Origin: Eledone cirrhosa
Taxonomy: Eukaryota
Direction: 5' to 3'
DNA: 64,000 nucleotides
NCBI GenBank assembly: GCA_964016885.1
Contig: OZ024743.1
Span: forward strand, 23,932,001-23,996,000
The translations under genes were made by a program, and so were the position numbers. The notes beneath the pieces were generated by a model, which saw nothing but the letters and a program-made list of their open reading frames with translations, did not search any database and had not been told where the DNA came from. Shown one piece after another: positions 47,401 through 60,035 of the stretch (within the stretch, counting starts at the first letter, position 1; each line of letters starts with the position of its first letter).

Positions 47401-49122
47401 CCCTCTCGTCCCTCTTGTACGTATTGGCTCTCGAGCCGTTACTGCACAAACTGGGGGCGATGAGGGGCGTCCCACGCGAACTAGGATGCGGGAAATCCGA
47501 GTTGTCTTACGCCGACGACGTCAGCATGGTGGTGTCGAGCACCAGACATGTCCAGATGCTCGGCACCGCGCTCAAGGAATACGAAGCGGTGACAGGAGCA
47601 AAGATAAACCAGGAAAAGTCGGTGGGCTTGCAGCTCGGCACCTGGAGAAGTAAGTCCATGCCGTCCGACAGCGTCGTGGGGCGTTGGACGGACGGACCGG
47701 TTAAATTGCTCGGACCGGACCTCCAGATGGAGAAAAACTGGAACGAGCTGACGAGCAGGGTGGCCTCCCTCACCCAGAAATGGGCCGAGAAGAAGCTGTC
47801 CCTGAAAGGCCAGGCGGAGGTGGCGAATGCGTACATCGCATCCGTCATCTGCTACCGCCTCACCGTCGTCCCTTGCCCCGGCCCAACTCTCACCAAAATG
47901 GAGCGCCTCCTCTTCCACTTTTTGTGGAAGGGACGCGCTCCCATGGTCAGACGATCCATCTACTGTCAACACCCGTTGCGTGGATGACTGGGCATGCGCT
48001 GAAGCTGCGACATCTCTGGTGCTTCCTTGACGGTGAACAGGTGTGGTCGCCGTTCGCCAGGCACGTTTTCCCACAGCTCGTCTCCTTGACGGAGCTGCAG
48101 TCCTGGGTCAGAAAAAGACCGAGGGATAGCGCTTGGAAACTGGAATATCTCCAGGCGCTCACTGCCCTCTGTCAGCTGGGCACCAGTATCGGTGGAACAT
48201 CCACCTCGGCGTTCTATAGAGGACTAGTGGAGGGGAAGAGCGACGACGTTCTCAGAGAGATCCTGGGCGTCGAAGAAGATCAGCTGTTTGCTCTCTTCCG
48301 GAGAACTTTCAGCCCAGGGCCTATGGATAACTTCCAAAAATCCCTGGCCTGGCAGTGCTACCGGTTCGAGAAAAGCTCTACAGGCAGGAAAGTGCTGTCA
48401 GCCGAGCCTGTCCGAGATGCGCGCAGAGCGACGAAACTGTCGTGCACGCACTCGTTCAGTGCCCGAGCATTGCTGACTTGTGGAGCTATGTCGAACAGTT
48501 GCTGTCGCGTGTAGGACTGATCCGGTTATCGACTGAGTCCATTGTGCAGATGGTCTCGCCGTCTTCTTTCGAGGAGGAAGGGCAGGCGGTTTTCGTCTGA
48601 CTGGTGGCCATGGCGAAAGAGATTGTGTGGTGGACAAGGTTGAAAGGGTTAAAGACAGACACTTTCTTCTTCGGCGAATCCCTAATTAACTTTTTCAAGT
48701 TTCATTTGAAGAGGAAAATCAGGGTGGAGAGGCAAGTGCTGCCTTCTAGCAAGTTTGTTGAAAGGTGGGTGAATGTAGCGAGAATGGTCCGAGTGAACGG
48801 GACCGCTCTGAATATACGTCTGTAGTTTGAGAAATGGAAAAATTGAGAGAGGGCGCTTGCCCTGGTGGTCAGGGTGGCCGTGGTCTTTTGTGTGGTTTTC
48901 GCCACGAGTAACCCTCGGAGGTTTCCCCCTATTGGGGAATTTTTCATTGTTTCAATTTTCATTTTTGTTGTTTATATATATAATGTTTCTGTCTTTTTTT
49001 TCTTTTCTTATATAAATAATAAAAATATTTACACGCACAAAACCCACATCGTACCGTCCTGTGCCGTCTGTAATGTTTTTCTTGATGTCAGCCCTTGTGG
49101 CCAATAAAGAAATCATTATCAT
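44434..49122 (+). mobile_element. Tx1-like (L1 clade) LINE, 5'-truncated in ORF1, with disrupted ORF2
   Basis: ORF1 knuckle CYLCGSKGHLRAFC. APE motifs SINARGL, ISETR, VYAP, GDWN, YLDR, TDH. RT motifs SPGLDG, FRPITLLN, DQSKAFDRV, YADD. C-terminal CPRC..ETVVHALVQC. AATAAA and (ATT) tail. Confidence 0.92.
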
Positions 49123-49134
49123 TATATTCTCCAC

Positions 49135-49617
49135 AAATGTCCCTCGGAAGTCTCCCCCCTATTGGGGAATTTTTCATTGTTATTTTTTATTACATCCTCT
49201 GTTTTTTTACACGCAGAAATGCCCATTTGTACCGTCCTGTACTGTCCTTAATGTCTACTTTATGTAAACCCTTGTGGTTAATAAAGAAAGCATTGTCATT
49301 ATTATTATTATTATAAAGGGCGGTGGATTGGCAGTATCGGTAGAGAGTCGGACGCCATGCTTTCCAGCATAGTTATGGCCCTTTACGATCTGAGTTCAAA
49401 TCCCGCCGAGGTTAACTTTGCCTTTCATCCTTACGGGGTCGATAAAATAAAGTACCAGTAATACACTGGCTAATTGCTGGCCTTGTGCCAATATAAGAAA
49501 CCATTCCCGCCGAGGTTGACTTTGCCTTTCATCCTTACGGGGTCGATAAAATAAAGTACCAGTAATGCACTGGGTAATTGCTGGCTTTGTGCCTAAAGTA
49601 GAAACAATTATTATTAT
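49135..49617 (+). mobile_element. Second Tx1 3' tail followed by 1.5 family 2 SINEs
   Basis: 49135-49312 repeats the Tx1 3' UTR. A SINE starts at about 49318 and a partial SINE at about 49505. Confidence 0.85.
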
Positions 49618-50891
49618 TACATTGTTTCTTGATTTTTTTTTCCTTTTAAAGATTTAGAAAATGTTCAGATTGTAGGATTGATACCAACCTTCACAAGACA
49701 TGTTTGTCTTAAAATAATGATTCTGGACATAGGGTACATGCTCCACAGAGGAAGAAATTGGAATATTTCCAGGGTGCAATTTGAAACTCATTTGAGACAT
49801 TTTACATTATATTTTTTTAACACCAAATATGTTTCTATACTGAGGTAGGGGTGGGTTCTTTTTTCAACCATCAAATAACTATTTTTTTTTTCATTTACTT
49901 ATAACATAAAGAAGTGTTATTTTCATTGGCTTCCTTCTTCCTCATTTTTAAATAACTAGATACAATATATAGATTTGGTTTTCTGCTGCAACATCAGGAG
50001 AAATGTGTTGTAAGTATTAAAAAACAAAAGGATTAAGTAGTGAAAGTCTCATGTCAACTTCTTCACTTGTAATTAATTGTAAAAATAAAAACTGCTAATT
50101 TTTTAAATGTTTGATGAATTTATCAATGTTGTGTTTGGCCCCCATGTTGGCATTGTAGCAACTAACTTGCTATATAAAGTATGGCTGGGAAATGAGATTT
50201 GTTGATAACTGACTACATACCTAAGTAATATAAAAGTCCGTTTTATTATTTCGAATATTTTCAACATCAGAAATAACTGCAATAAAGTTAAATGTGGCGA
50301 TAAGGCAAAATACTAAAAGTTCTCTTGGGTAATGACTGAAAGAATACGATCACGAATACAAGCGAAGGGTCTTTGAATTCACGTTATTTGAAAGAATGCG
50401 TAGCTTGGTAATCAGAGAGTCGCTCAAGGTAGAACTGATACTAATTGAGAGATCACAGCTCTGACATGTTACAATGTTTCGAGAAAGAATTGCTAGACAA
50501 AATTTTCAGGCAAAATCAACTGGTAGAAGACCAGGGGGTAGACTCCGGGTAAGATGTTGGGATAGGATCCATGAGCTCGACTATTCTCGCTTGGGGTTCC
50601 AACTGGATCAATTGGAGATGGTTACTTCTGACAGGACCTACTGGAAGGCGTGCTTGAGGACTATGTCCCCACGAACCTCCCAGGAATAAGTGACTGAAGA
50701 AACTAACAGCTTGCATTTTAGTTGGGCAAGGGAAACAACTCCAAATATATTTATTTAATGGCCTTTATCGATATATATAGAGATATATGTAGTTGAATTT
50801 ACTTCATTACACACTATATCATAAATTTAGATTTCGTTATTTTTATCTTTTTCAAATAAAGAAATCATTGTTTTATCTTTTCTGTTTTTAG

Positions 50892-51621
50892 GGAGCTGCC
50901 TACACACAATTGTAAAAAGCCAAACCGTATCTGTATTTTGAGTTATGATCATACACAAAAGTTTTGCATTGAAACAGATGTTGTAATAACTGTCGAAAAT
51001 GTTTGCATACGATGTGCAAAACAGCTTAAGATAACTTCCAATAATGTCTATTTGTTTGGTCTTGTGAAGAAAAATGGCAAAACGTGGCTGAATCCTGCAC
51101 TGACTCTAGAACCAGGTGAAACACATTCAGGCAAATACATATTCCGATTGCGTTACTATTCTACATCATTTGTTCAAGAAACTGAATTATTCAGTTATTT
51201 ACATAAACAGTGGCGGTATGATTTTAGAAACGACATTTATCCATTTAAAAAAGAAGAGAGGCCTCGTATTTTGGGTTTCATCGTCATCGATATGATTATT
51301 GATTCCAAAATGAAAAAAGATTCAGATTCACTTATCTTGCCTGACAATTTTGATGAGTTCTTTCCAAAATGTATCTTAAATGGTCCTACACGAATTGAAA
51401 AATTCTTATTGAAAAGAAAAATGAAAAGTTCTGCTAAGAGGGCATTTAGAGAAAATGAAAGCCTACAGGAACTTCAAAAAGATTTTATTGAAGCAGTGTA
51501 TAAGTTTTACAGGAATCATATGTGCAAGGAAACATTTGAATGCAAGATGCTGAATGATAAAGTAACTGTAACTGTTGAAAGAACTGAGGACAGTGATGAA
51601 GTGTGTATCGCCTTGAGAAAT
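50892..51621 (+). CDS. JAK: JAK-like gene, coding exon 2 (FERM F1-F2)
   Basis: ttttag|G...AAT|gttagt. TVENVCIRCAKQLKI...LFGL...WLNP...FRLRYY...FSYLHKQWRYDF...LGFIVIDM matches the JAK FERM pattern. Confidence 0.9.
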
Positions 51622-52273
51622 GTTAGTATGAATTCAATTTTTCATTTTTTCATTTCATCTTGGAATTTTTGTTCTTGTTATTGTTCAACTGCAGTTGGGC
51701 TCTGATTGTACAGGCATGATCAAAGATTTTCTAGTTTTGATCAGCACAAAATTTATTCAGATATAGTTTTATTTATGACTACATTATTTAATGTATCTCT
51801 ACATTTATAAGATAGTAAAGTACATATTGAGGAAATTTTTACTGCTAAATAGAAGCTTCCTAATGACTCATTGTTTTTATTGTTGTTACTGTTGCAGTAT
51901 TTGTCAACTATAGTTGTAGCAGATAAAAAATTCTAAGATATCATCATCATCATCATCATCATCATCATTTAACGTCCATTTTCCATGCTAGCATGGGTGT
52001 AGACATCATCCAGTGAATATCTCAACTCTAAAAGTGAGATCTTCACTTACTGCCTGCAATTTATACAATTCATACAAACTATATTCTGACATATTACCAC
52101 AATGACTCATATGCCTTATCATATCAGTCATTTGATAACACATTGGTCTGAAATGCTTACGTATTATGTAGGTTCTAATAGGTTCTGAAATAATTTGTAG
52201 CCAATGATGTAATATTGTGTGTATGATTTATATGTGTGTGTGTATATATGCATGTACATATATATATATATAA

Positions 52274-52349
<76 letters not shown>

Positions 52350-52648
52350 ACACTGTAAATGTATTTGGTGTTAAGAAGGGCATCCAGCCATAGAAAACCA
52401 GCCAGAAACAGTTCTATATGAGCGAGACACGGTCAGCCAACTAATCTTGCCTGAAGTGGGACAAACCCATCTAACCCATGTTAGCATGGAAGATAGATAT
52501 TAAATGATGATGATGATGATGATGATGATGATATATATATGCATAGATAAAGTCATTAGGTTTATAGGTTTATTGAAGGTAGTAACTAAAATTTGTTCTG
52601 ATTACCTTAATTATGATTTAATATTGTTTCTTATTCTCTTCTTTTCAG

Positions 52649-52732
52649 TCCAGATATTTAATAAGGAGTTTAAGATGGGTTGAAATAAAATCTAACAGTG
52701 TCCAGTTGAACTTTATACAAAATCCACCAATA
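52649..52732 (+). CDS. JAK: JAK-like gene, coding exon 3 (FERM F3)
   Basis: tttcag|TCC...ATA|gtaagt. Encodes SRYLIRSLRWVEIKSNSVQLNFIQNPPI, phase 0-0. Confidence 0.8.
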
Positions 52733-52767
52733 GTAAGTTGTTTTATTTGATATTTATGTGGTTAGAT

Positions 52768-55700
52768 CACCCCTCTCAACACCGCGTCCAGTTCGGCCAC
52801 ATTGATGTGGTTGCAGTCGTCCTTCTTCCTAAGCCAGGCTGCATCCTCGACCTCAGCACCTCCTATCTCCAACGTGAGACCCAGCGCTATGCTGCTGGCA
52901 CCACACCATACCCACACGCCCCCTTGATCTCAAGGATCAATTTCCCCCTCGTCCTTCTGCATATGAAAGTCTGCTGTCCAGGTTGGTGGTTTGCGATCTC
53001 CGCAGTGTTGGGGCGGCACTGGGTTTCCTCTTCCTCGGAGTCCGTTGACACAGTGATTCTACGGACATCCAGGACATGATGTGGTACTCCGTCCACGGAC
53101 ACATTGTTCTGGGAATTTACGGCCGTCACCATTCCCCTTCCCCATTGGGATGTGCAACGTGCATCTGGGGGCCTAACCCAGACTTCTTCACCCACCTGCA
53201 CGAATGCATTCTCTCTCCCCACTGGCCATTGTGGTGGCGAGCATGGGTGCCACCAGTCGTATCTGAATACTGCTCTGTGTGGCACCGATTCCTCAACCTG
53301 TCCCACCCGAGGAGACATGTTGTACCAGAACACTGCCTCCATTGGTGAGATGTCGCCCCGATCCGCCATCGCCTGGTGTCACTCCACAATTCCATTTCCG
53401 CTCAGCCTGTACGCTGCTCTGAAGAAACAGTCCACCTTCCATCCATCGAGCATCTCCCTCAGCGCCTCCGAGCGGAACGCTGCGCTGTTGTCCATCAGCA
53501 GTTCATCCACAGGGCCCCGCTCTAAGAACACCTCTCTCAACGTCCGCATGATTTCCTCAGCCGTTCTAGTCTTCATCTCCCTCCATATCGCCATCCGTCC
53601 TGGTCCACAGTCGACCATCGAGAGGTACGTTCTCTGTCGGTAGTGCATTTCATCCACTGCCAATCGCTTCCAGTCGCGATCCACCGGGAGGCTTCCCGTT
53701 TCGTGCACACCATGTCATGCAACCCTTTCAGATCCGACTCGGTCAGCCGACACACGGCAGTTATCTCCTCTTCTACCTACTCCGGCGCTTCCATCCAGGC
53801 TTTCTTCATCCTGGTTAAGACGTCCGCCCTATTTTTCTCTGAGGGCACGAAAACTACACTCAGCCTCAGGTCGAACTCGGTGGCCAGCTCTCCTAAAGTT
53901 CCCAGGCGGCGCTTTATCAGCATCTCCACTGCCCCTCTCATTCGCACTCTCTTCTCACTGGTGAGCACTGATCTCACTCATCCGAGTACAGTAGCCGAGT
54001 TGGTGCGTATCTCGATGGTGCGCAGTCCCCACCTCTCTCAACACCGCGTCCTGTTCGGCCACATTGATGTGGTTGCAGTCGTCCTTCTTCCTAAGCCAGG
54101 CTGCATCCTCGACCTCAATACCTCCTATCTCCAACGTGACACCCAGCGCTATGCTACTGGCATCGCACCATACGGTCCCGCTCTGCGATTTGGGAACATA
54201 TGAGCATCTCCACACTGGGTCGTCGGCCTTCACCCTCTCCACGATCTCCTGCATCATGGCCACCGTCCTCTCTCCCACTCTGTCACTCCAAGTCACCCTT
54301 CCCGCTCGTCTCTTGACATAGCTGCATGCCGTCCGGAGCCACCCAGCAATCGGGTAGTGACCCACCAACTTTCCACACACCGAGAAAAGCTCCCACCTAC
54401 TCATACTTGGGCCCAGTTCTGGAACTTCATTTCCCCTCTGGAATACCAAGACGCCCGTCCTGTCTCGCCGTAGCCCAAGTCCCAGCGCGACTCCTCCCTC
54501 CAACGCTTCTGACGGCTTCGCAGCCAGTCCATACCCCTGTAAATGGCTTATGACCTCCGCCGCCGATACTACAGACTCGTCCACTAGGATGTCGTCAATG
54601 TAGGAATTAGTGGCCCTCTTCATCTTGTTGGCCTTTCCCAGAATGGTCTTGAGGACCGCCGCCATGATCTTCAGTGCGGAGCTCGGCCCGAAACCGAGCC
54701 TGGTCAGGCAATATGTCCGGCCCTTATACCTGACCAGCTGATACTGCCAGAGCTTCTCATCTATATGCAATTGTACACCGGTAGCATATTATTTCCGGCC
54801 TTGACTCTCTACAGTCTCTCACCATGTGCGGACCCTGGCACCTAAAACAGCGACCTCTAAACGTTCGCGGGCGACTGCGTACCGTAGTTGCCTCCCTTTC
54901 ACCATTTCACTGCCAGCTGTCTTGAGCCTCTGTAGTTGCTATCACCGCGACACTCTTCTTGGCATCTTCTGCTATGATGCGGGCTTGCTCCACCAGTGAA
55001 CGCATCTCCATTTCTTTGTAACCCGAGACTTGCTACAGTTTCACCGCTATGTCGTCTGGGAATCCATTTATGAACGCCAACCGCACCGTGCGTTCGCATT
55101 CCACCTGATATCCAGCCAACATGGCCAATCGCCGTATTTCCGCCGTGAAAATGTCAACGCGTTCACCGTTCCATCTAATTCTTGCCAGCTTAGCGAAAGC
55201 GGCTAACGGTCCCTCCGCGAACGCTTCCATCATGCGCCTCTCAATCTTTTGCGCATCCCTTTGGCTGTGTTCATCCAACTCAAGGAAGAGTACCAACGCG
55301 TCCCCCTTGAGGTACAGTGTCATGAGGCCAGCCACATCTTCTATCTTCTGTAAGCTTGCGACCAGCCGGACTTTTCGCAGCCAAGCAACAACATCGCCTT
55401 CACCAGTAAATGCCCTAATCGCTTCGCTCGTTCTTAGTCTCGTCGCCATATCCTAATTTGTCTTGCGGTATGTAATAAAAAAACAACAGACTCCTCTCTG
55501 TTTTTCTGGTAGCTTTGTTTTCGAGAAAGTTTTTTTTTTTTTTTTTTTTCAATCAGATCTCAGTTTCCAGTGCCAAAATAGCTTGTGGTTAGAAAAAGCT
55601 ACCTCACTTACCGCTTTTCACAGGCGCCGCTAGATCCCATCGCTGGTTTCTCCTCTTCCGCGTGTGTACGATCCAACTCGTTAAAACTGGGAGCTGCAAA

Positions 55701-55857
55701 ACTCGCGTCCACCACGTTCCTGATCACCGCTAGAGAGAGGCCGACCTGCTGGCCCTTCCGGTCGACCACCCTTCTGGCCAAGCACCCTTCCGGTCAAGCA
55801 CTCTTCCGGTTGAGCACTCCCCAGCTTCCAGCCACTGCACACCACACCATACCCACA
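52768..55857 (-). mobile_element. Rearranged Gypsy-type LTR retrotransposon in a JAK intron
   Basis: 5' LTR 55584-55857 (TGTGG...CCACA). gag with CFRCQGPHMVRDC, RT (YCLTRLGFG, YIDD), RNase H (WCDAS), integrase (MDN...GNGIVE). PPT at about 52917-52926, followed by 18 bp of 3' LTR. Confidence 0.9.
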
Positions 55858-55931
55858 ATTTAAAAAATGGAAATTTTTAATTTTTCAAATTGTCACTTTA
55901 CTCTATTTTATCAGTATTGGATTTTAGTGGT

Positions 55932-56009
<78 letters not shown>

Positions 56010-56666
56010 GTTAAACCCTACAGACCAGAATGATGATGAGATTTGCACCTGGAAAGTTTCCTTCTGAGATACAAGCCTAGGCCATGTGCTTTTGTGGAAG
56101 ACCAGCAGTCACCCATGCATACCAATCTCCCCTTTTCATGCCACCAATCTTGTCCAAGGGTGAGGAAAAAGCCACTACAGATTGGCACAAGTGATGTGAC
56201 AACTCATTTCTACAGCTGAGTGAACTGGACCAACATGAAGTAAAGTATCTTCCTCGAGTACACAATGCACCACCCTGTCCAGGAATTGATTTCACAATCT
56301 CACAATTATAAGACCAATGCTCTAACCTCTAAGCCACGTAGAAGAGAAAGAACTATGATATAATATATTAGATGCCAATAGCCGAAGCGAAGTGTGCTCA
56401 ATGCTTGGAGATGCAATGTTAAATATTATAGTATACAATGCATTAGAAAATTAAAAGTGACAAGATAACGATAGAATTTTACCTTAGCAAATTTAATTAC
56501 CCCAAATATTTTTGGGTTTAAAAACCCATTATTTATCATTGTGAAGGTCTTAATGGACTGGTCGGTGATGAGTTGTTGTTAGGATGGCAGATTTAATTTA
56601 AATATATGTGTGTGTACACACACACACATACACACATATATATACAGACACACACATATACACATA

Positions 56667-56702
<36 letters not shown>

Positions 56703-56755
56703 AACTAAAAGAAATTTTTGATATATTAAATAAAGCCATGTTACCAATTTTTCAG

Positions 56756-56913
56756 ATATTATGTTTTGATGACAAAGCATCAGCAGAGTCATTTGCATCA
56801 TGTTTAGATGGACATTTTCGACTTGCTTATGACTTCTACAACAGCTTATGTGAACAAGTAGAGCCACCTAGCAGCACGTTTTTGCGAGAAAAAGGTTATC
56901 ATGGACCTGTTTT
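56756..56913 (+). CDS. JAK: JAK-like gene, coding exon 4 (FERM end and SH2 linker)
   Basis: tttcag|ATA...GTT TT|gtatgt. AESFASCLDGHFRLAYDFYNSLCEQVEPP...HGPV versus recalled JAK2 ALSFVSLIDGYYRL...LCKEVAPP...CHGPI. Confidence 0.95.
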
Positions 56914-58368
56914 GTATGTTACTTTACTTTATTCCTTCCTGTTTCTGTTAGAAACTAACAATATCTTTCCTTCATTTTTTCACACTTAGATTTGCTGAAA
57001 CATAGAACAAACTACCTGCATGTGTTGTTAGCTGTTGGGACACTGCATCCTTCAAAACCTCCATGCTTCTCAAAATTCGCCAACACTACACCTGATATCT
57101 CCCTCCATACCTCCATACTCACACATGCACGAATCTGTGTGTATGTCATGACTCATACGCTGTTCACTTTCATTTGTACATTATTCTATGTTCTAGACAT
57201 GCACCTTTGATCAGTTGTAGTGCATCTGAGTACCGTACACAATAATTTTCAATATATCAATATTATATCATTCTTAATTCTTTGAGTGGAATTTTGTCTT
57301 TTTGGGTCATAGCTTTAGGTCTGAGCAAGTATTACAATGTAATATTTTGAGACATTTCTTGTCCATTTAAACAGGCAGACCTGACTGTTGCAGTACTCAG
57401 ATTCATCCCTAGTAGCCCAAGTGCAGGTGTTGCCACTGTTGTGTGTGTATGTGCTGGAGTTACCATTATGCTTAGGCATGCTTAAGTACAGGGCCCCCCA
57501 TTCATCGGGGGGGGGGGGGGGGGGATCTTCCTGCCAAAAACATTTTTTACCTCCTTCAGGGCCCAAGTAAGGAGCTTCATAGTTAACTAGCGCAGGGCCT
57601 CATTTGTCCTAAATCCAGCACTGTGTTTGTGTATGTATGTGTATACAGATAGTTGTATTAACAAAAGAAGAGGGCACTCAACACATGTTATTAAGGTTAA
57701 ATATTAATATTAACTGTTTAACTTGGATTTGCATTGCTAAAAGTTTCACAGCTGCAAATGCATGTTGGATTATTTGAATGTGATAACACTAAGTGATGAG
57801 GTGACTATGACTTCTAAATAACACTGATTATCATTGGATGATATGTGTGACTCGTCCTTATTAGCCAGTTTGAGTCATGCGGTGGAACCAGTATTTTGGC
57901 CACTGTTAAGTGTTACAGAAGGTAGTAAACTGGCAGAATTGTTAGGGCATTGGATAAAAATACCCTAGCATTTATTCCAGCTTACTGAGGTCAACTTTAA
58001 TTTTCATCTTTTGGGTTGATAAATAAAATACCAGTCTATTAGTGGGATTCAATTTTTTTCTGGAAGAAATTGACAGAAATTGGAGAGGTATGGGATCCAC
58101 TTGGTTTAAAATGCCCAAGAAATGCCACAATTCTTAGAAAGAGGAATGGCAACAGAGTGCCTCTGGTGAATCCAGTAGTGACACCAAAATATCCTGCATT
58201 GCCAATTTCTGTCTTCAAGCAGCAACTGTACTGAAGATAAATGCTTCTATCTGGTGATATATTTTGTTATATGAATATAATTTGTTATAATACAAATGGT
58301 ATGTGAATTTATATTGTAGCATGCCAACATTTTCAAATTACAATTCTATTTTTGTTTCCTCTATACAG

Positions 58369-58652
58369 AAAAAAATACATTGTTGATATTCTTCGTAAAA
58401 AGAATCACCAGCCTGGATGCTTTCTTATTCAATGGAACGTTATCACACCGAATACTTACCATATTGCTAGTCTTAACCCAAATTTTCAACGCAAAAATGA
58501 AAATCAAGAAGAAATATTTTATGACATCTTAGAGTTTGATGGATCAAGTTATTCTCTGAAAGAATCAGAAGAAACATTTCCTTCTATTAACAATTTCCTG
58601 GAACATGTCAGGAATAGTCAAATGAACCAAATGCTAAAACCAGATAAATTTG
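58369..58652 (+). CDS. JAK: JAK-like gene, coding exon 5 (SH2-like)
   Basis: atacag|A...TTT G|gtaagt. KKYIVDILRKKNHQPGCFLIQWN...FPSINNFLEH. Phase 2 to 1, consistent. Confidence 0.9.
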
Positions 58653-59752
58653 GTAAGTTTATTTTATGAAATTTTCTTCATGATCAATGCTTATCTAAGA
58701 GAGAGAGGAGAGCTAACATACAAGGGTATTATGTATATCTCTGGCTGTAAGTAGAAGTGAAGTTAGACATTAGATTACATGTGTTTTATTGTGTCTCTTG
58801 GTTGAACATTTTAATGTACCGTGTGTTAGTTCACTTGGCTGTTGGGAAATGGTTAAATAATTTTAGCTGGCAGAACTTTGCTTGGTACTTATTTTATCAT
58901 ATCACCAATCATTTTATAAGTTGTACTGGGTGTATTTTTGGCAGCCCCAGCACTAGAGTGGTTGTTGTGCCATGACTGAAATGTCCTCTCAAACCTTTTT
59001 AGCATAGTTTCTACAGCTAGAAACCCTTCTTAACACCAAACATTTTACTGAGAGTATTGGGTGTATTTTATCATGGCATCAGCACTAGGGAGGTTGTCAG
59101 TCATTGACTTGACTAAAAGCTCTCTTTACCTTATGAGGGGGGGGGGGGGGGTAGGTAGGATAGAGGGAGGTAAGAAGGATGATAAGTATGTCATATATAA
59201 GGGATAATAAGAGGGAAAAGGGGATGATAAGTATGATGTCATAAGTGTCTGACAAGTATGGTGGGATTTAAAGGGCTGATGTGAAGGGGAAAGGGATGAG
59301 AAAGTATGTCATAGGTGTATGACAAGTATGAGGGGATTTAACAGAGTAATGAAGGGAAAGATGGGTGTGAATCACTGATAAAATTTGGTGTACAGTGATG
59401 ATAAGAACAGTTACTAAAAAGCTATGACTGGTGTGTTGAGATTTAAAAGGGGAGGTGGGGGTTACAGTGATGGTGATAATAGTTATTAAGGAGGTGTGAT
59501 GGTGGAATAGAGGTATGAATGGGTTAGGTCATAATCACCATTTTTTTCTTATATGAATATATAGAAGTTATCTTGTGCTGAATAAAAAAATATTAATGTT
59601 ATGTTAATATGTAGTGATATTAATTTTAATGGTAATGATATAATATTTTGAAGTATGATATCTCGTAGCTTCCAATATTTTGTATTTATATTTGTTTATT
59701 TTCTTGACCTCAATTTAAATTAATTTCTCTTTATCCTCATTTGTCTGTGCAG

Positions 59753-59872
59753 CTATATCAAACCTTTTGTTATGTAAGCCAGAAAGTTTTAATGGGAAAC
59801 AAGAAACAGAGAGAACACATTCACAATCTGAGATACTTTCCCTGTCAGATTTTGTATTTCCTAATGAACAAG
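59753..59872 (+). CDS. JAK: JAK-like gene, coding exon 6 (SH2-JH2 linker)
   Basis: gtgcag|CT...CAA G|gtaaac. ISNLLLCK matches the JAK SNLL motif. Phase 1-1. Confidence 0.88.
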
Positions 59873-60035
59873 GTAAACAAAATTCAAGTTTTCTTTTTCT
59901 TTCTGTTTATAAACCATTCAAAGGAGAAGCAAAATGCTCATTAACCTTTGTAGGTCTTTTAGCAGACTGGTGAGTTTGATGTTCAACTCACATGGCATCT
60001 GTAGGTCAGGGACTATTTAAAACATTGGTGGGGAG

